Below are positions 29,994-38,939 of a DNA stretch of 64,000 nt, in pieces. Below the pieces are notes generated by a model, which did not search any database, was not told the DNA's origin, and was given only the letters and a program-made list of their open reading frames with translations. Made by a program: the position numbers and the translations under genes. Positions within the stretch are counted from its first letter, which is position 1; each line of letters begins with the position of its first letter. Source of the DNA: an uncultured Pseudomonadota bacterium (lineage in GTDB: Bacteria > Pseudomonadota > Alphaproteobacteria > JACZXZ01); NCBI GenBank assembly GCA_963749075.1, contig CAVVLJ010000020.1:480001-544000 (forward strand), written 5' to 3'.

Positions 29994-31812
29994 CGAGCTC
30001 CTCCCCTATTATCAGCGCGAGCTCAGCTACATCCGCCGGCTTGCAGCCGACTTCGCCCAGGCACACCCGAAGATCGCCGGACGCTTGAGGCTCAGCCCCG
30101 AGGCGGTCGACGACCCGCACGTGGCGCGGCTCATCGAGGCCTTCGCCTACCTCACGGCGCGGCTGCGCTACCGCCTCGACGACGATTTCCCCGAGCTCAC
30201 CGACGCGCTTCTCGGCGTGCTCTACCCGCATTACGTGGCGCCCGTGCCCTCCATGGCCATCGTGGAGTTCGCCTGCCAGCCGGACCTCACGGCACCCTAC
30301 ACGATCCCGGCGGGCACCGAGCTCGAGGCCGAGGCGGTCGCCGGCGACGCCTGCCGCTTCCGCACCTCTTATCCGACGACGCTCTGGCCGATCGCCCTCG
30401 AGGCCGCGAGCCTGAGCGGCCGGCCGCTCGTAGCCCCACCCAACCCCGCGGCCTCGCGCGCGGGCGCGGTCGCCATCCTGCGGCTCTCGCTCAAATGCCT
30501 CACTGGCGACATGACCTTCACCAAGCTCGCCCCCGACGAGCTGCGCTTCTTCCTGCGCGGCCAGCCGCACGAGGTGTTCGCGCTCTACGAGCTCATCTTC
30601 AACAACGCGCTCTCGGTGGCGCTCGCCAATTCCGCGGTCGACCCCAACCCGGTGATCCTGCCGGCGGAGTGCATCCGGCCGGTCGGCTTCGAGCGCAGCG
30701 AGGGCATGATGCCCTATCCCGCGCGCTCCTTCGTGGGCTACCGCCTCTTGACCGAGTACTTCGCCTTCCCGGAGAAGTTCCTCTTCTTCGACGTGACGAA
30801 GCTCTCCGGCAAGGTGCTGCTCGAGGCCGGCAACAAGCTCGAGATCTTCATCTACCTCAACCGCACCTCGGTCGACCTCGAGCGCGTCGTGAGCAAGGAC
30901 TCCTTTGCCCTCGGCTGCACGCCGGCGAGCAATCTCTTCCGCCAGCGCGCCGAGCCCATCCAGCTCACGCGCACGATCTCCGAGTACCGCGTGGTGCCGG
31001 ATGCGCGCCGGCCGGGCACCACCGAGGTCTACAGCGTCGACGAGGTCAAGGCGACCGGGCCCGACGGCAGCGAGACCGTCTTCCTCCCCTTCTACGCGGC
31101 CAAGCACGCGCGCGACCGCGAGGGCACGCGCAGCTATTGGTACCCGGCGCGCCGCGCGGCCGAGGGCAACGATCCCGGCACCGAGGTCTTCCTCTCCCTC
31201 GTCGATCTCGACTTCAACCCCTCGGTGCCGGCGGACTCGATCGTCTCCGTCGCGATCACGGCGCTCAACCGCGATCTGCCGAGCCGGCTGCCGGTGGGCG
31301 GCGGCCATCCCAACTTGAGCCTCGTCGAGGGCGCCTCGCCGGTGGCATCCATCGCCTGCCTGGTGCCGCCGACGCCGACGCTCCGTCCGCCCTTGCGCCA
31401 GCGCGGGCGCTGGCGCCTCGTCTCCCATCTGGCGCTCAACCACCTCTCGCTGATCGACGCCGAGGAGGGCGCCGACGCGCTGCGCGAGATCCTCAAGCTC
31501 TACGACTTCCGCGATTCCGCCGAGACGCGGACGGTGATCGACAGCGTGGTGAGCCTCAGGAGCCGGCCTGCCGTGGCGCGCGCGCCGTCGCGCGACATGA
31601 ACGCCTTCTGCCGCGGCATCGAGGCGACGCTCACGCTGGTGCCCGAGGGCTTCTCCGGGAGCGGGCTCTTTCTCCTCGCCGCCGTGCTCGAGCGCTTCCT
31701 TCCGCTTTACTGCACCATCAATTCATTCACGCGGCTGGTCGTCACGGTCAAGGGCCGGCCCGGGGAGCTCAGACGATGGCCGCCAAGGGCGGGCGACCTT
31801 CCCTTGCTCTGA
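29986..31812 (+). CDS. tssF: T6SS baseplate TssF
   Basis: LLPYYQRELSY, DPHVARLIEAFA, GYRLLTEYFAFPEKF and WRLVSHLALNHLSL. Confidence 0.95.
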   Translation: MADELLPYYQRELSYIRRLAADFAQAHPKIAGRLRLSPEAVDDPHVARLIEAFAYLTARLRYRLDDDFPELTDALLGVLYPHYVAPVPSMAIVEFACQPDLTAPYTIPAGTELEAEAVAGDACRFRTSYPTTLWPIALEAASLSGRPLVAPPNPAASRAGAVAILRLSLKCLTGDMTFTKLAPDELRFFLRGQPHEVFALYELIFNNALSVALANSAVDPNPVILPAECIRPVGFERSEGMMPYPARSFVGYRLLTEYFAFPEKFLFFDVTKLSGKVLLEAGNKLEIFIYLNRTSVDLERVVSKDSFALGCTPASNLFRQRAEPIQLTRTISEYRVVPDARRPGTTEVYSVDEVKATGPDGSETVFLPFYAAKHARDREGTRSYWYPARRAAEGNDPGTEVFLSLVDLDFNPSVPADSIVSVAITALNRDLPSRLPVGGGHPNLSLVEGASPVASIACLVPPTPTLRPPLRQRGRWRLVSHLALNHLSLIDAEEGADALREILKLYDFRDSAETRTVIDSVVSLRSRPAVARAPSRDMNAFCRGIEATLTLVPEGFSGSGLFLLAAVLERFLPLYCTINSFTRLVVTVKGRPGELRRWPPRAGDLPLL

Positions 31813-32897
31813 TCGAGCGCCTGTTCCGCGAGCCCTACCGCTTCGACTTCTTCCAGGCGGTGCGGGTCCTCGAGCAGGCGGCCGCGCGCGAGGCGCGCGA
31901 CCCGCGCTATCTCGGCCGCGCGCCGGTCGGCGAGTACGGCGATCCGCGCCAGGAGACGGTGCGCTTCAAGGCGACCTTGGCGCTCAGCTTTCCCCCCGCC
32001 TCGATCGCCGAGCTCAGCGAGCCCGCGGGCGAGCCGGCTTCGGGCAACGCCGAGCCGCCGCCGGCCATGGCGGTCAACTTCATGGGGCTGACCGGCCCGA
32101 GCGGCGTGCTGCCGCAGCACTATACCGACATCCTCATCCAGGTGACGCGGAGCAAGAGCTACGGCTTGCGCGATTTCTTCGACGTCTTCAACCACCGCCT
32201 GGTGTCGCTCTTCTACCGCGCCTGGGAGAAGTACCGCCTGCCCGCGGCCTACGAGCATTTCGGCAACGGCGGCAAGGATCCGATCAGCCAGAGCCTCTAT
32301 GCCCTCGCCGGCTTCGGAACAGGCCACCTCTGCGGCCGGCTCGAGATCGACGACGAGGCGCTGTTGCACTATTCCGGCTACCTCTCCCACTGGCCGCGCT
32401 CGGCGGCGGCACTCGAATCACTCCTCAGCGACTATGCCGGCCGGCCCGTGCAGGTCGAGCAGTTCCACGGCCATTGGCTGTGGCTCACTTTGGACCAGCG
32501 CTCGCGGATGCCGAGCAAGGACGAGCCGCAGGGCCGCTTCTGCGAGCTCGGCGTCAACAGCGTGGTGGGCGAGCGCGTATGGGACGTGCAGGGCAGCTTC
32601 CGCCTCGCCATCGGGCCGCTCAGCTACGCCCAGTTCGTGCGCTTCATGCCGACCGGCGACGAGCTCCTGCGCCTGGCCCAGCTCACCCGCCTCTACGTCG
32701 GCGCGGACCTCTATTTCGACGTGCAGCTCACCCTCGCCAAGGAGGAGATCCCGGCCTGCGAGATGGCCCAAGAGGGCGGCCAAGAGGGCGCTTACGTGCC
32801 GCGCCTCGGCTGGAACACCTGGCTCAAGTCGCGTCCCGCCCGCCGCGACAGCTCGGACGCGGTGTTCTCGCTGCAGGGCTGGGTGGTCGCGCGGTGA
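31776..32897 (+). CDS. tssG: T6SS baseplate TssG
   Basis: PYRFDFFQAVRVLE, GLTGPSGVLPQHYT, DFFDVFNHRL and RLGWNTWL. Confidence 0.93.
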   Translation: MAAKGGRPSLALIERLFREPYRFDFFQAVRVLEQAAAREARDPRYLGRAPVGEYGDPRQETVRFKATLALSFPPASIAELSEPAGEPASGNAEPPPAMAVNFMGLTGPSGVLPQHYTDILIQVTRSKSYGLRDFFDVFNHRLVSLFYRAWEKYRLPAAYEHFGNGGKDPISQSLYALAGFGTGHLCGRLEIDDEALLHYSGYLSHWPRSAAALESLLSDYAGRPVQVEQFHGHWLWLTLDQRSRMPSKDEPQGRFCELGVNSVVGERVWDVQGSFRLAIGPLSYAQFVRFMPTGDELLRLAQLTRLYVGADLYFDVQLTLAKEEIPACEMAQEGGQEGAYVPRLGWNTWLKSRPARRDSSDAVFSLQGWVVAR

Positions 32898-32953
32898 GCC
32901 GGCGCTCAGAGGCTGCCGGGAATCAGTTCGTTATCTTCAATGCAAGATCCGTC

Positions 32954-32999
32954 GTCATTCCCGCGAAGCTTGTCCTCGCGAAAGCGGGGGCGGGAATCC
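32954..32999. repeat. Nested REP-like palindrome
   Basis: GTCATTCCCGCGAA...GCGGGAATCC interrupted by a second hairpin, CTTGTCCTCGCGAAAGCGGGG. Confidence 0.6.
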
Positions 33000-33080
33000 G
33001 CTGTCGGTCCGATACCGCGCGTGAAAGCGGGGGCGACGAATAATCGATTCACCACGATCGCGTCATTTCGATCGGGGTGC

Positions 33081-34631
33081 TCAGATGACGCCGAGGCCGC
33101 GCCAGAGCGGCAGGATCTCGGTGAGCAGGACCTGCGCGCGCTCCTCGAGGAGGGCGAGGCTGTCGGCCTCGGACTCGAGCGGCTTGCCGTCCTTGAGAAT
33201 TCGCTCGCCGCGCTCGGCTAGGGTGCGCCAGAGCGCGCGGGCGAGGACGGCGGTGTCCGGTGCCGTGCCGCGCGCGAGCTCGTCGTAGACATGCGCCTCG
33301 ACGCCGCTCACGTGGAGCCCGGTGCCGAGCCGCTCCGCGGCGAGTGCGGTCATGGCGCTGAGCGGGGCTTCGCGCGCGCGCGCCGCCACGACGCGGTTGA
33401 GCGCCTTGGCGGCGGGCGGCGCGGAAGGGCCGGCTCTCGGCACCGGCAGCGCCTGCAGCGAGCCCACCAGCATGCCGGCGAGCTCGACCGCCTGCATCTT
33501 CGAGCGCTCGCGCACCTCGCTCAGCGCCAAGAGCTCGCCGACCGCGCGCGGACGAAGCGCCAACGCATCGAAGATCGGGCCGTAGACCGCCTCCTCGATC
33601 GACGCCGTGGCGCGTCCGGCGGTGAAGCTGAAGCGCGCGCGCGCGCGCGGCACCACGAGCGCCAGCTCGAGCTCGCGCATGAGCGCATCCTGGCGCGCGC
33701 GGCTCAGGCGCCGCGGTCCGCGCACGTAGACGTCCTTGCGCAGCAGGCGTGCCAGGAAGAAGTCCTTGAGCGTCTCCTTAAGGTCGCTCTCCTCGACGGC
33801 GGCCAGGAGCTCGCGCTCCTCCGGCGAGAGGGCGATCTCGGGGAAGTTCTCGAGCACGGCCGAGCTGCCGACGAAGCCGAGCTTGGCCTCGGCGAGCTCG
33901 CGCGCCACGTCGGCGTGATAGAGCGGCCGCCAATGCTCGTTGAGGAGCTCGTGGGCGAGGTAGACGCCGTAGCCGCCTTCCCACTGCTCGAGGATCTGGT
34001 CGAGGAAGGACTGCTCGGCGAAGAAGCGTGCTTTCACGCCGCGCATGCGGCGGGCGAAGCCGAGCGCCTGCTCGAGCCGGCGGTCCGAGCGTCCCTCGGC
34101 GAGTGCCGCCAGCTCGTAGAGCATGCGCTGGATCGGCAGCGCCTGTGTCCAGCCGGGCATGGCGTTGTAGCTCACATAGACCATGCCGCCGGGCTTGAGC
34201 TGCCGGCGGATGAGCTCGACGATGGCGCGCCGGGCCTCGGCGCCGATCCAGCTGTAGATGCCGTGCAGCGTGATCGCGTCGAACTCGGGCAGCGGCGGGC
34301 CCCGCTCCAAGAGCTCCTCGAAGCTGCGCTCGATGAACTGCACATTGCCGAGCCCGCTCGCGGCGGCGAGCTCGCGCGCGCCCGCGATGTGCGCCGGATT
34401 GAAGTCGACGGCATGGAACTCGACCGCGGGGTTGGTTGCCGCGAGCAGGCACGAGGTGAGGCCCTGGCCGCAGCCGAGCTCCAGATAGCGCATGGGGCCC
34501 TGGGGCGCCATGGGCTCGAAGCCGTTGAGGACCGCGATGAAGTCGAGGTGCGCCGGCGCCTGGTCGGGATAGAAGCCGGCGGTGTAGGCGATGTCGGCGA
34601 CATAGCCCTTGTTCCAGCTCGTGGTTGGCAT
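33081..34631 (-). CDS. Class I SAM methyltransferase with methyltransferase regulatory domain
   Basis: YLELGCGQG, VDFNPAHI, ITLHGIYSW, YVSYNAMPGW and YLAHELLNEHW. Confidence 0.85.
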   Translation of the reverse strand: MPTTSWNKGYVADIAYTAGFYPDQAPAHLDFIAVLNGFEPMAPQGPMRYLELGCGQGLTSCLLAATNPAVEFHAVDFNPAHIAGARELAAASGLGNVQFIERSFEELLERGPPLPEFDAITLHGIYSWIGAEARRAIVELIRRQLKPGGMVYVSYNAMPGWTQALPIQRMLYELAALAEGRSDRRLEQALGFARRMRGVKARFFAEQSFLDQILEQWEGGYGVYLAHELLNEHWRPLYHADVARELAEAKLGFVGSSAVLENFPEIALSPEERELLAAVEESDLKETLKDFFLARLLRKDVYVRGPRRLSRARQDALMRELELALVVPRARARFSFTAGRATASIEEAVYGPIFDALALRPRAVGELLALSEVRERSKMQAVELAGMLVGSLQALPVPRAGPSAPPAAKALNRVVAARAREAPLSAMTALAAERLGTGLHVSGVEAHVYDELARGTAPDTAVLARALWRTLAERGERILKDGKPLESEADSLALLEERAQVLLTEILPLWRGLGVI

Positions 34632-34642
34632 CCCGCTGTCCC

Positions 34643-34903
34643 TCACGTGATCGGACGGCCCGGAGCATGCGGGCCGGGCTCGGCGGGCTTGCGGATATCG
34701 AAGACCAGCATGTCCGCCTCCTTCCGTGCCGCGAGCAGCTCCAGCCCCGCATGATGGCAATAATAGGGGAAATCGATCGTCGCTGCCGGGTCGGTCGCGA
34801 GCACGGTCAGCGTCTCGCCCGGCGCCACGCCGGCCATCGCCTTGCGCGTGCGCAGCACGGGCTCGGGACAGAGCAGGCCTCTCGCATCCAGGACTCGCGG
34901 CAT
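34643..34903 (-). CDS. tusA: TusA/SirA family sulfur carrier
   Basis: LDARGLLCPEPV and VLATDP motifs. Confidence 0.88.
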   Translation of the reverse strand: MPRVLDARGLLCPEPVLRTRKAMAGVAPGETLTVLATDPAATIDFPYYCHHAGLELLAARKEADMLVFDIRKPAEPGPHAPGRPIT

Positions 34904-35000
34904 GGCGTGGAACCTCGCGCGTGGCGCCGGACTCTACCCCATCGGAGCGCCCGTTGTCGCGCCGCTTGCCAGCGGCGGGGGGCTGCGACATGATGCGGCC

Positions 35001-35378
35001 ATGGCGGTTAAGCTCTTGATCGTTCTCGTCAATACCGATCCGCGCAAGGTCGAGGAGGTGGCCTCGGCCCTCTCGCAGGCGGCGGTCGCGGCGGCCATGG
35101 ATTTCGCGGTCGAGGTGATCTGCACGGCGGCTGGCGCGCGGCTGATGAAGCGCGGCTTCGCCCAAGAGCTGACGCTCAAGCCGGGCGCGCCCAGGACCGT
35201 CTACGACTTGATCAAGGACGCCCACGAGGCGGGGGCCAAGTTCCTCGCCTGCTCGGGCAACCTCGATCTCTTCGCGATGACCGAGGCCGACCTCATTCCC
35301 GAATGCAGCGGCTTCGTGGGCTCCGCCTATCTCATCGGCGAGGCCATGAGCGACGACTGCCGCGTCCTCACCTATTGA
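35001..35378 (+). CDS. DsrE/DsrF-like protein
   Basis: AAVAAAMDFAVEV and AHEAGAKFLACS. Confidence 0.75.
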   Translation: MAVKLLIVLVNTDPRKVEEVASALSQAAVAAAMDFAVEVICTAAGARLMKRGFAQELTLKPGAPRTVYDLIKDAHEAGAKFLACSGNLDLFAMTEADLIPECSGFVGSAYLIGEAMSDDCRVLTY

Positions 35379-36532
35379 GGGCGCCTCCCATCTTCAAGGA
35401 TCTTCTCCTCGTCGGCGGCGGGCACAGCCACGTCGAGGTGCTGCGGAGCTTCGGCATGGAGCCGATGCCCGGCGTGCGCGTCACCCTCGTGAGCGGCGGC
35501 GACGCCACGCCCTATTCGGGCATGCTGCCCGGCCTCATCGCCGGGCATTACCGCTTCGAGGAGACCCACATAGCGCTTCCGCCGCTCGTGCGCTTCGCAG
35601 GCGCGCACTTCATCCGCGACGAGGCGGTGGGCCTCGACCCCGATGCGCGGCGGCTCGCCTGCCGCAGCCATGCGCCGCTCGCCTACGACGTGCTGTCGCT
35701 CGACATCGGCTCGACGCCGCACATGGCGGGGGTGCCGGGGGCCGCGGGCAACGTGGTGCCGGTGAAGCCGATCCATGGCTTCCTCGAGCGCTGGCAGGCG
35801 CTCCTCGCGCGCGCGGCCGAGCGCGGCGGTGCGCGCATCGGCATGGTCGGCGCCGGCGCCGGCGGCGTCGAGCTATTGCTCGCGGCGCACCACCGGCTGA
35901 GCCGCCTCGGCGCGCGGCTCGAATGCCATCTCTTCAGCGCTACGCCCGACATCCTTCCCGGCCACAACAGCCGGGTTCGCCGCAAATTCCGCCAGGTGCT
36001 GGCGGCGCGCGGTATCGCCCTGCATGCCGGCCGCGCGGTCGTGGCCGTGGCGCCGGGCTGCCTCAGCCTCGCCGACGGAAGCACCTTCGCACTCGACGAG
36101 ATCCTGTGGGCGACGCAGGCAGGTGCTGCCCCCTGGCTCGAGGAGAGCGGCCTGGCGCTCGACGGAGACGGCTTCGTCGCCGTGAGCGCAGCGCTCGAAT
36201 CCCTCTCCCACAAGGGCGTCTTCGCGGCGGGCGACATCGCCGCGGTGATCGACCATCCACGGCCCAAGGCGGGCGTCTTCGCCGTGCGCCAGGGGAAGCC
36301 CCTCGCGCGCAACCTGCGCGCGGCACTCCTGGGCGAGGAGCCCCGCCCCTTCGTGCCGCAGCGGCATTTCCTCAGCCTGATCTCGACCGGCGACAAATAT
36401 GCCATAGCCTCGCGCGGCCCCTGGGCCTTCTGGGGCCGTGCCGTGTGGCGCTGGAAGGACGCCATCGACCGGCGCTTCATGCGGCGGTATAGCGAGGTGC
36501 CTGAGATGGCCCCTAGAGCGTGTCCCGATTAG
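35375..36532 (+). CDS. FAD-dependent pyridine nucleotide-disulfide oxidoreductase of the type found N-terminal to SelD, stand-alone here
   Basis: LVGGGHSH, PYSGMLPGLIAGHY, PVKPI, VFAAGD, PKAGVFAVRQG and WKDAIDRRFM. Confidence 0.85.
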   Translation: MRAPPIFKDLLLVGGGHSHVEVLRSFGMEPMPGVRVTLVSGGDATPYSGMLPGLIAGHYRFEETHIALPPLVRFAGAHFIRDEAVGLDPDARRLACRSHAPLAYDVLSLDIGSTPHMAGVPGAAGNVVPVKPIHGFLERWQALLARAAERGGARIGMVGAGAGGVELLLAAHHRLSRLGARLECHLFSATPDILPGHNSRVRRKFRQVLAARGIALHAGRAVVAVAPGCLSLADGSTFALDEILWATQAGAAPWLEESGLALDGDGFVAVSAALESLSHKGVFAAGDIAAVIDHPRPKAGVFAVRQGKPLARNLRAALLGEEPRPFVPQRHFLSLISTGDKYAIASRGPWAFWGRAVWRWKDAIDRRFMRRYSEVPEMAPRACPD

Positions 36533-36650
36533 GTGGAACCGCCTCTCCCGTCACCCCCGCGAGAGCGCTAGGGTATGCAAACAAGACCGAAAATCACTGG
36601 CAAATCGCGGTGTTCCGCAGCGCACAGGCGACTCGGGCCGAGTGCGGCGC

Positions 36651-36764
36651 GTCCTTCGAGACGCTCGCTCTCGCTCGCTCCTCAGGACGAGTCAAAGTCT
36701 TTCTGCCACACACAAATTGACCTCGTCCTGAGGAGCGCCCCGAAAGGGGCGCGTCTCGAAGGAC
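36651..36764. repeat. Palindromic intergenic repeat (REP/RPE-like), copy 3
   Basis: GTCCTTCGAGACGC...GCGTCTCGAAGGAC termini and inner GCTCCTCAGGACGAG / CTCGTCCTGAGGAGC. Confidence 0.85.
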
Positions 36765-36851
36765 CCACCGAGACATTAGCGAGGATTGTGGCACCGCCTG
36801 CGCTAAGATGACGCCAACCGGGGCTTGCTCGACGACCGGAGGGAGGCCGTC

Positions 36852-37997
36852 ATGATGCGCAGCAGCGAGCGCTTTCTCACCACCCACACCGGCAGCCTGC
36901 CGCGGCCGGACGATCTCATCCGCATGATGTTCGCCAAGGAGGAGGGCGTTCCCGTCGACAAGGCGGCACTCGCGGCGCGCATCCGCTCGGCGGTCGCGGA
37001 GGTGGTGCAGAAGCAGCGCCAAGCGGGCATCGACATCGTGAACGACGGCGAGATGAGCAAGCCGAGCTACGCCACCTACATCAAGGACCGCCTCGACGGC
37101 TTCGGCGGCAGCAGCCATCCGCTGCAGTATCAAGACCTCGTCGAGTTCCCCGAGCTCGCCCGGCGCGTCTTCGGCGACCCCGGCCGCGCGCGGCGCAAGA
37201 CGCCCGGATGCAACGGCCCCATCCGCGTGAAGGACGGCGAAGCGGCCGGGATCGACGCCGAGAACCTCAAGGCGGCACTCGCAGCGGCCGGCGGCGGCGA
37301 GGGTTTCATGAGCGCCGCCTCGCCGGGCCTCATCTCGCTCTTCTTCCACAACGGCCATTACCCGACCCAGGAGGCCTATCTCCTCGCCATCGCCGACGCC
37401 ATGCGGCCCGAGTACGAGACCGTGGCCAAGGCCGGCTTCATCCTGCAGCTCGACTGCCCCGATCTCGCCATGGGGCGGCACATCCAATACGCCTCGCTCG
37501 GCCTCGAGGAGTTCAAGAAGCGCATGCACCTCCACATCGAGGCGCTCGATCACGCGCTCGCCGGCATCGCACCGGAGCGGCTGCGCATGCATCTCTGCTG
37601 GGGCAACTACGAGGGCCCGCATCACTGCGACGTGCCGCTCGCCGACATCCTCGATATCGTCCTCACAGCACGGCCGAGCGCCGTCTCCTTCGAGGCGGCC
37701 AACCCGCGCCACGCGCACGAGTGGCAGCTCTTCGAGCGCGTCAAGCTGCCGGAGGGCAAGCTCCTCATCCCCGGCGTCATCGAATCGAAGACGAACTTCA
37801 TCGAGCACCCCGAGCTCGTCGCCCAGCGCATCGGGCGCTACGCCAAGCTGGTTGGCCGCGAGAACGTCATCGCCGGGAGCGACTGCGGCTACGGCACCTG
37901 GGTCGGCCAGGCGGCCGTCGATCCCGCGGTGGTGTGGGCCAAGCTCGCCGCCATGGCGGAAGGTGCGCGCCTCGCCTCGCGCGCGTTCTGGCCCTAA
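36852..37997 (+). CDS. Cobalamin-independent methionine synthase II family protein (single barrel)
   Basis: TTHTGSLPRP, DGE, LQLDCP, HLCWGN and GSDCG zinc ligands. Confidence 0.85.
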   Translation: MMRSSERFLTTHTGSLPRPDDLIRMMFAKEEGVPVDKAALAARIRSAVAEVVQKQRQAGIDIVNDGEMSKPSYATYIKDRLDGFGGSSHPLQYQDLVEFPELARRVFGDPGRARRKTPGCNGPIRVKDGEAAGIDAENLKAALAAAGGGEGFMSAASPGLISLFFHNGHYPTQEAYLLAIADAMRPEYETVAKAGFILQLDCPDLAMGRHIQYASLGLEEFKKRMHLHIEALDHALAGIAPERLRMHLCWGNYEGPHHCDVPLADILDIVLTARPSAVSFEAANPRHAHEWQLFERVKLPEGKLLIPGVIESKTNFIEHPELVAQRIGRYAKLVGRENVIAGSDCGYGTWVGQAAVDPAVVWAKLAAMAEGARLASRAFWP

Positions 37998-38062
37998 GCC
38001 GCAGGGCCGTGGACACAATTTTCGCCAATACCGGGAGCGGGCCGCGCGCCACGCTTTCGCCC

Positions 38063-38848
38063 ATGAGCGCGCCCGGAGAGGGATCGCGAGCGCCCTTGGC
38101 GGCGCTCGGCGGCAAGGCGGCACTGGTGAGCGGGGCGAGCTCCGGCATCGGGCGCGCCACGGCGCTCGCGCTCGCGCGCGAGGGTGCCGCGGTCTTCCTC
38201 GTCGGCCGCGACCGCGAGCGGGGCGAGGCCGCGGCTAGCACTTGCGCCGAATTTGGTGCACCCGCGTTCTTCTTCGCAGCCGACCTGAGCCGGCCGGGGC
38301 AAGCGGCGGCCATGGTCGAGGCAGCGCTCCAGCGCTTCGGGCGGCTCGACATCGCCTTCAACAACGCAGGGATGCAAGAGCGCCGAGCGCTCCTCGCGGA
38401 GCAGCCCGACGGGGTCTTCGAGCGCGTGGTCGCCACGAACCTGCGCGCCCTCTTCCTCGCGATGAAGGCCGAGATCGCCGCCATGCTGCGCCACGGCGGC
38501 GGCGTCATCGTCAACAACGCCTCGGTTAGCGGCGTGCGCAACCCGAATCCGGGCTTGGCACTCTACGCCGCGTCCAAGGCGGCCGCGATCTCGCTCACGC
38601 GTTCGGCGGCCATGGAATATGCACCGCACGGCATCCGCATCAACGCGGTCTCGCCCGGGCGCGTCGAGACGCCCATGATGCTCGCCTCCGGCATCGACGA
38701 CATGGCGGCCGTAGCTATGGGCTTGCCGCTCCGCCGCATGGGGCGGCCCGAGGAGGTGGCGGCCGCGGTCCTCTGGCTCGCCTCCGACGCGGCGTCCTTC
38801 GTGGTCGGCCATAACCTCGCCGTCGACGGCGGCTTCCTCGCGCAGTGA
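38063..38848 (+). CDS. SDR family oxidoreductase
   Basis: SGASSGIG, NNAG, YAASK and RINAVSPG. Confidence 0.9.
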   Translation: MSAPGEGSRAPLAALGGKAALVSGASSGIGRATALALAREGAAVFLVGRDRERGEAAASTCAEFGAPAFFFAADLSRPGQAAAMVEAALQRFGRLDIAFNNAGMQERRALLAEQPDGVFERVVATNLRALFLAMKAEIAAMLRHGGGVIVNNASVSGVRNPNPGLALYAASKAAAISLTRSAAMEYAPHGIRINAVSPGRVETPMMLASGIDDMAAVAMGLPLRRMGRPEEVAAAVLWLASDAASFVVGHNLAVDGGFLAQ

Positions 38849-38939
38849 GCTCCTGCCGCGGCGCCGGAGGTTGACCGCGCGCGCGGCGGTCGGCCAAAGT
38901 CGCTGCCGGCCATGGGCAGAGGAGCGGGGGACGAGGGTC

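Noticed and set aside
30495-35225. 800-aa TssG and 714-aa methyltransferase as listed in the track
   Set aside because: The N-terminal extensions overlap tssF or tusA/dsrE; plausible starts are 31776 and 34631.
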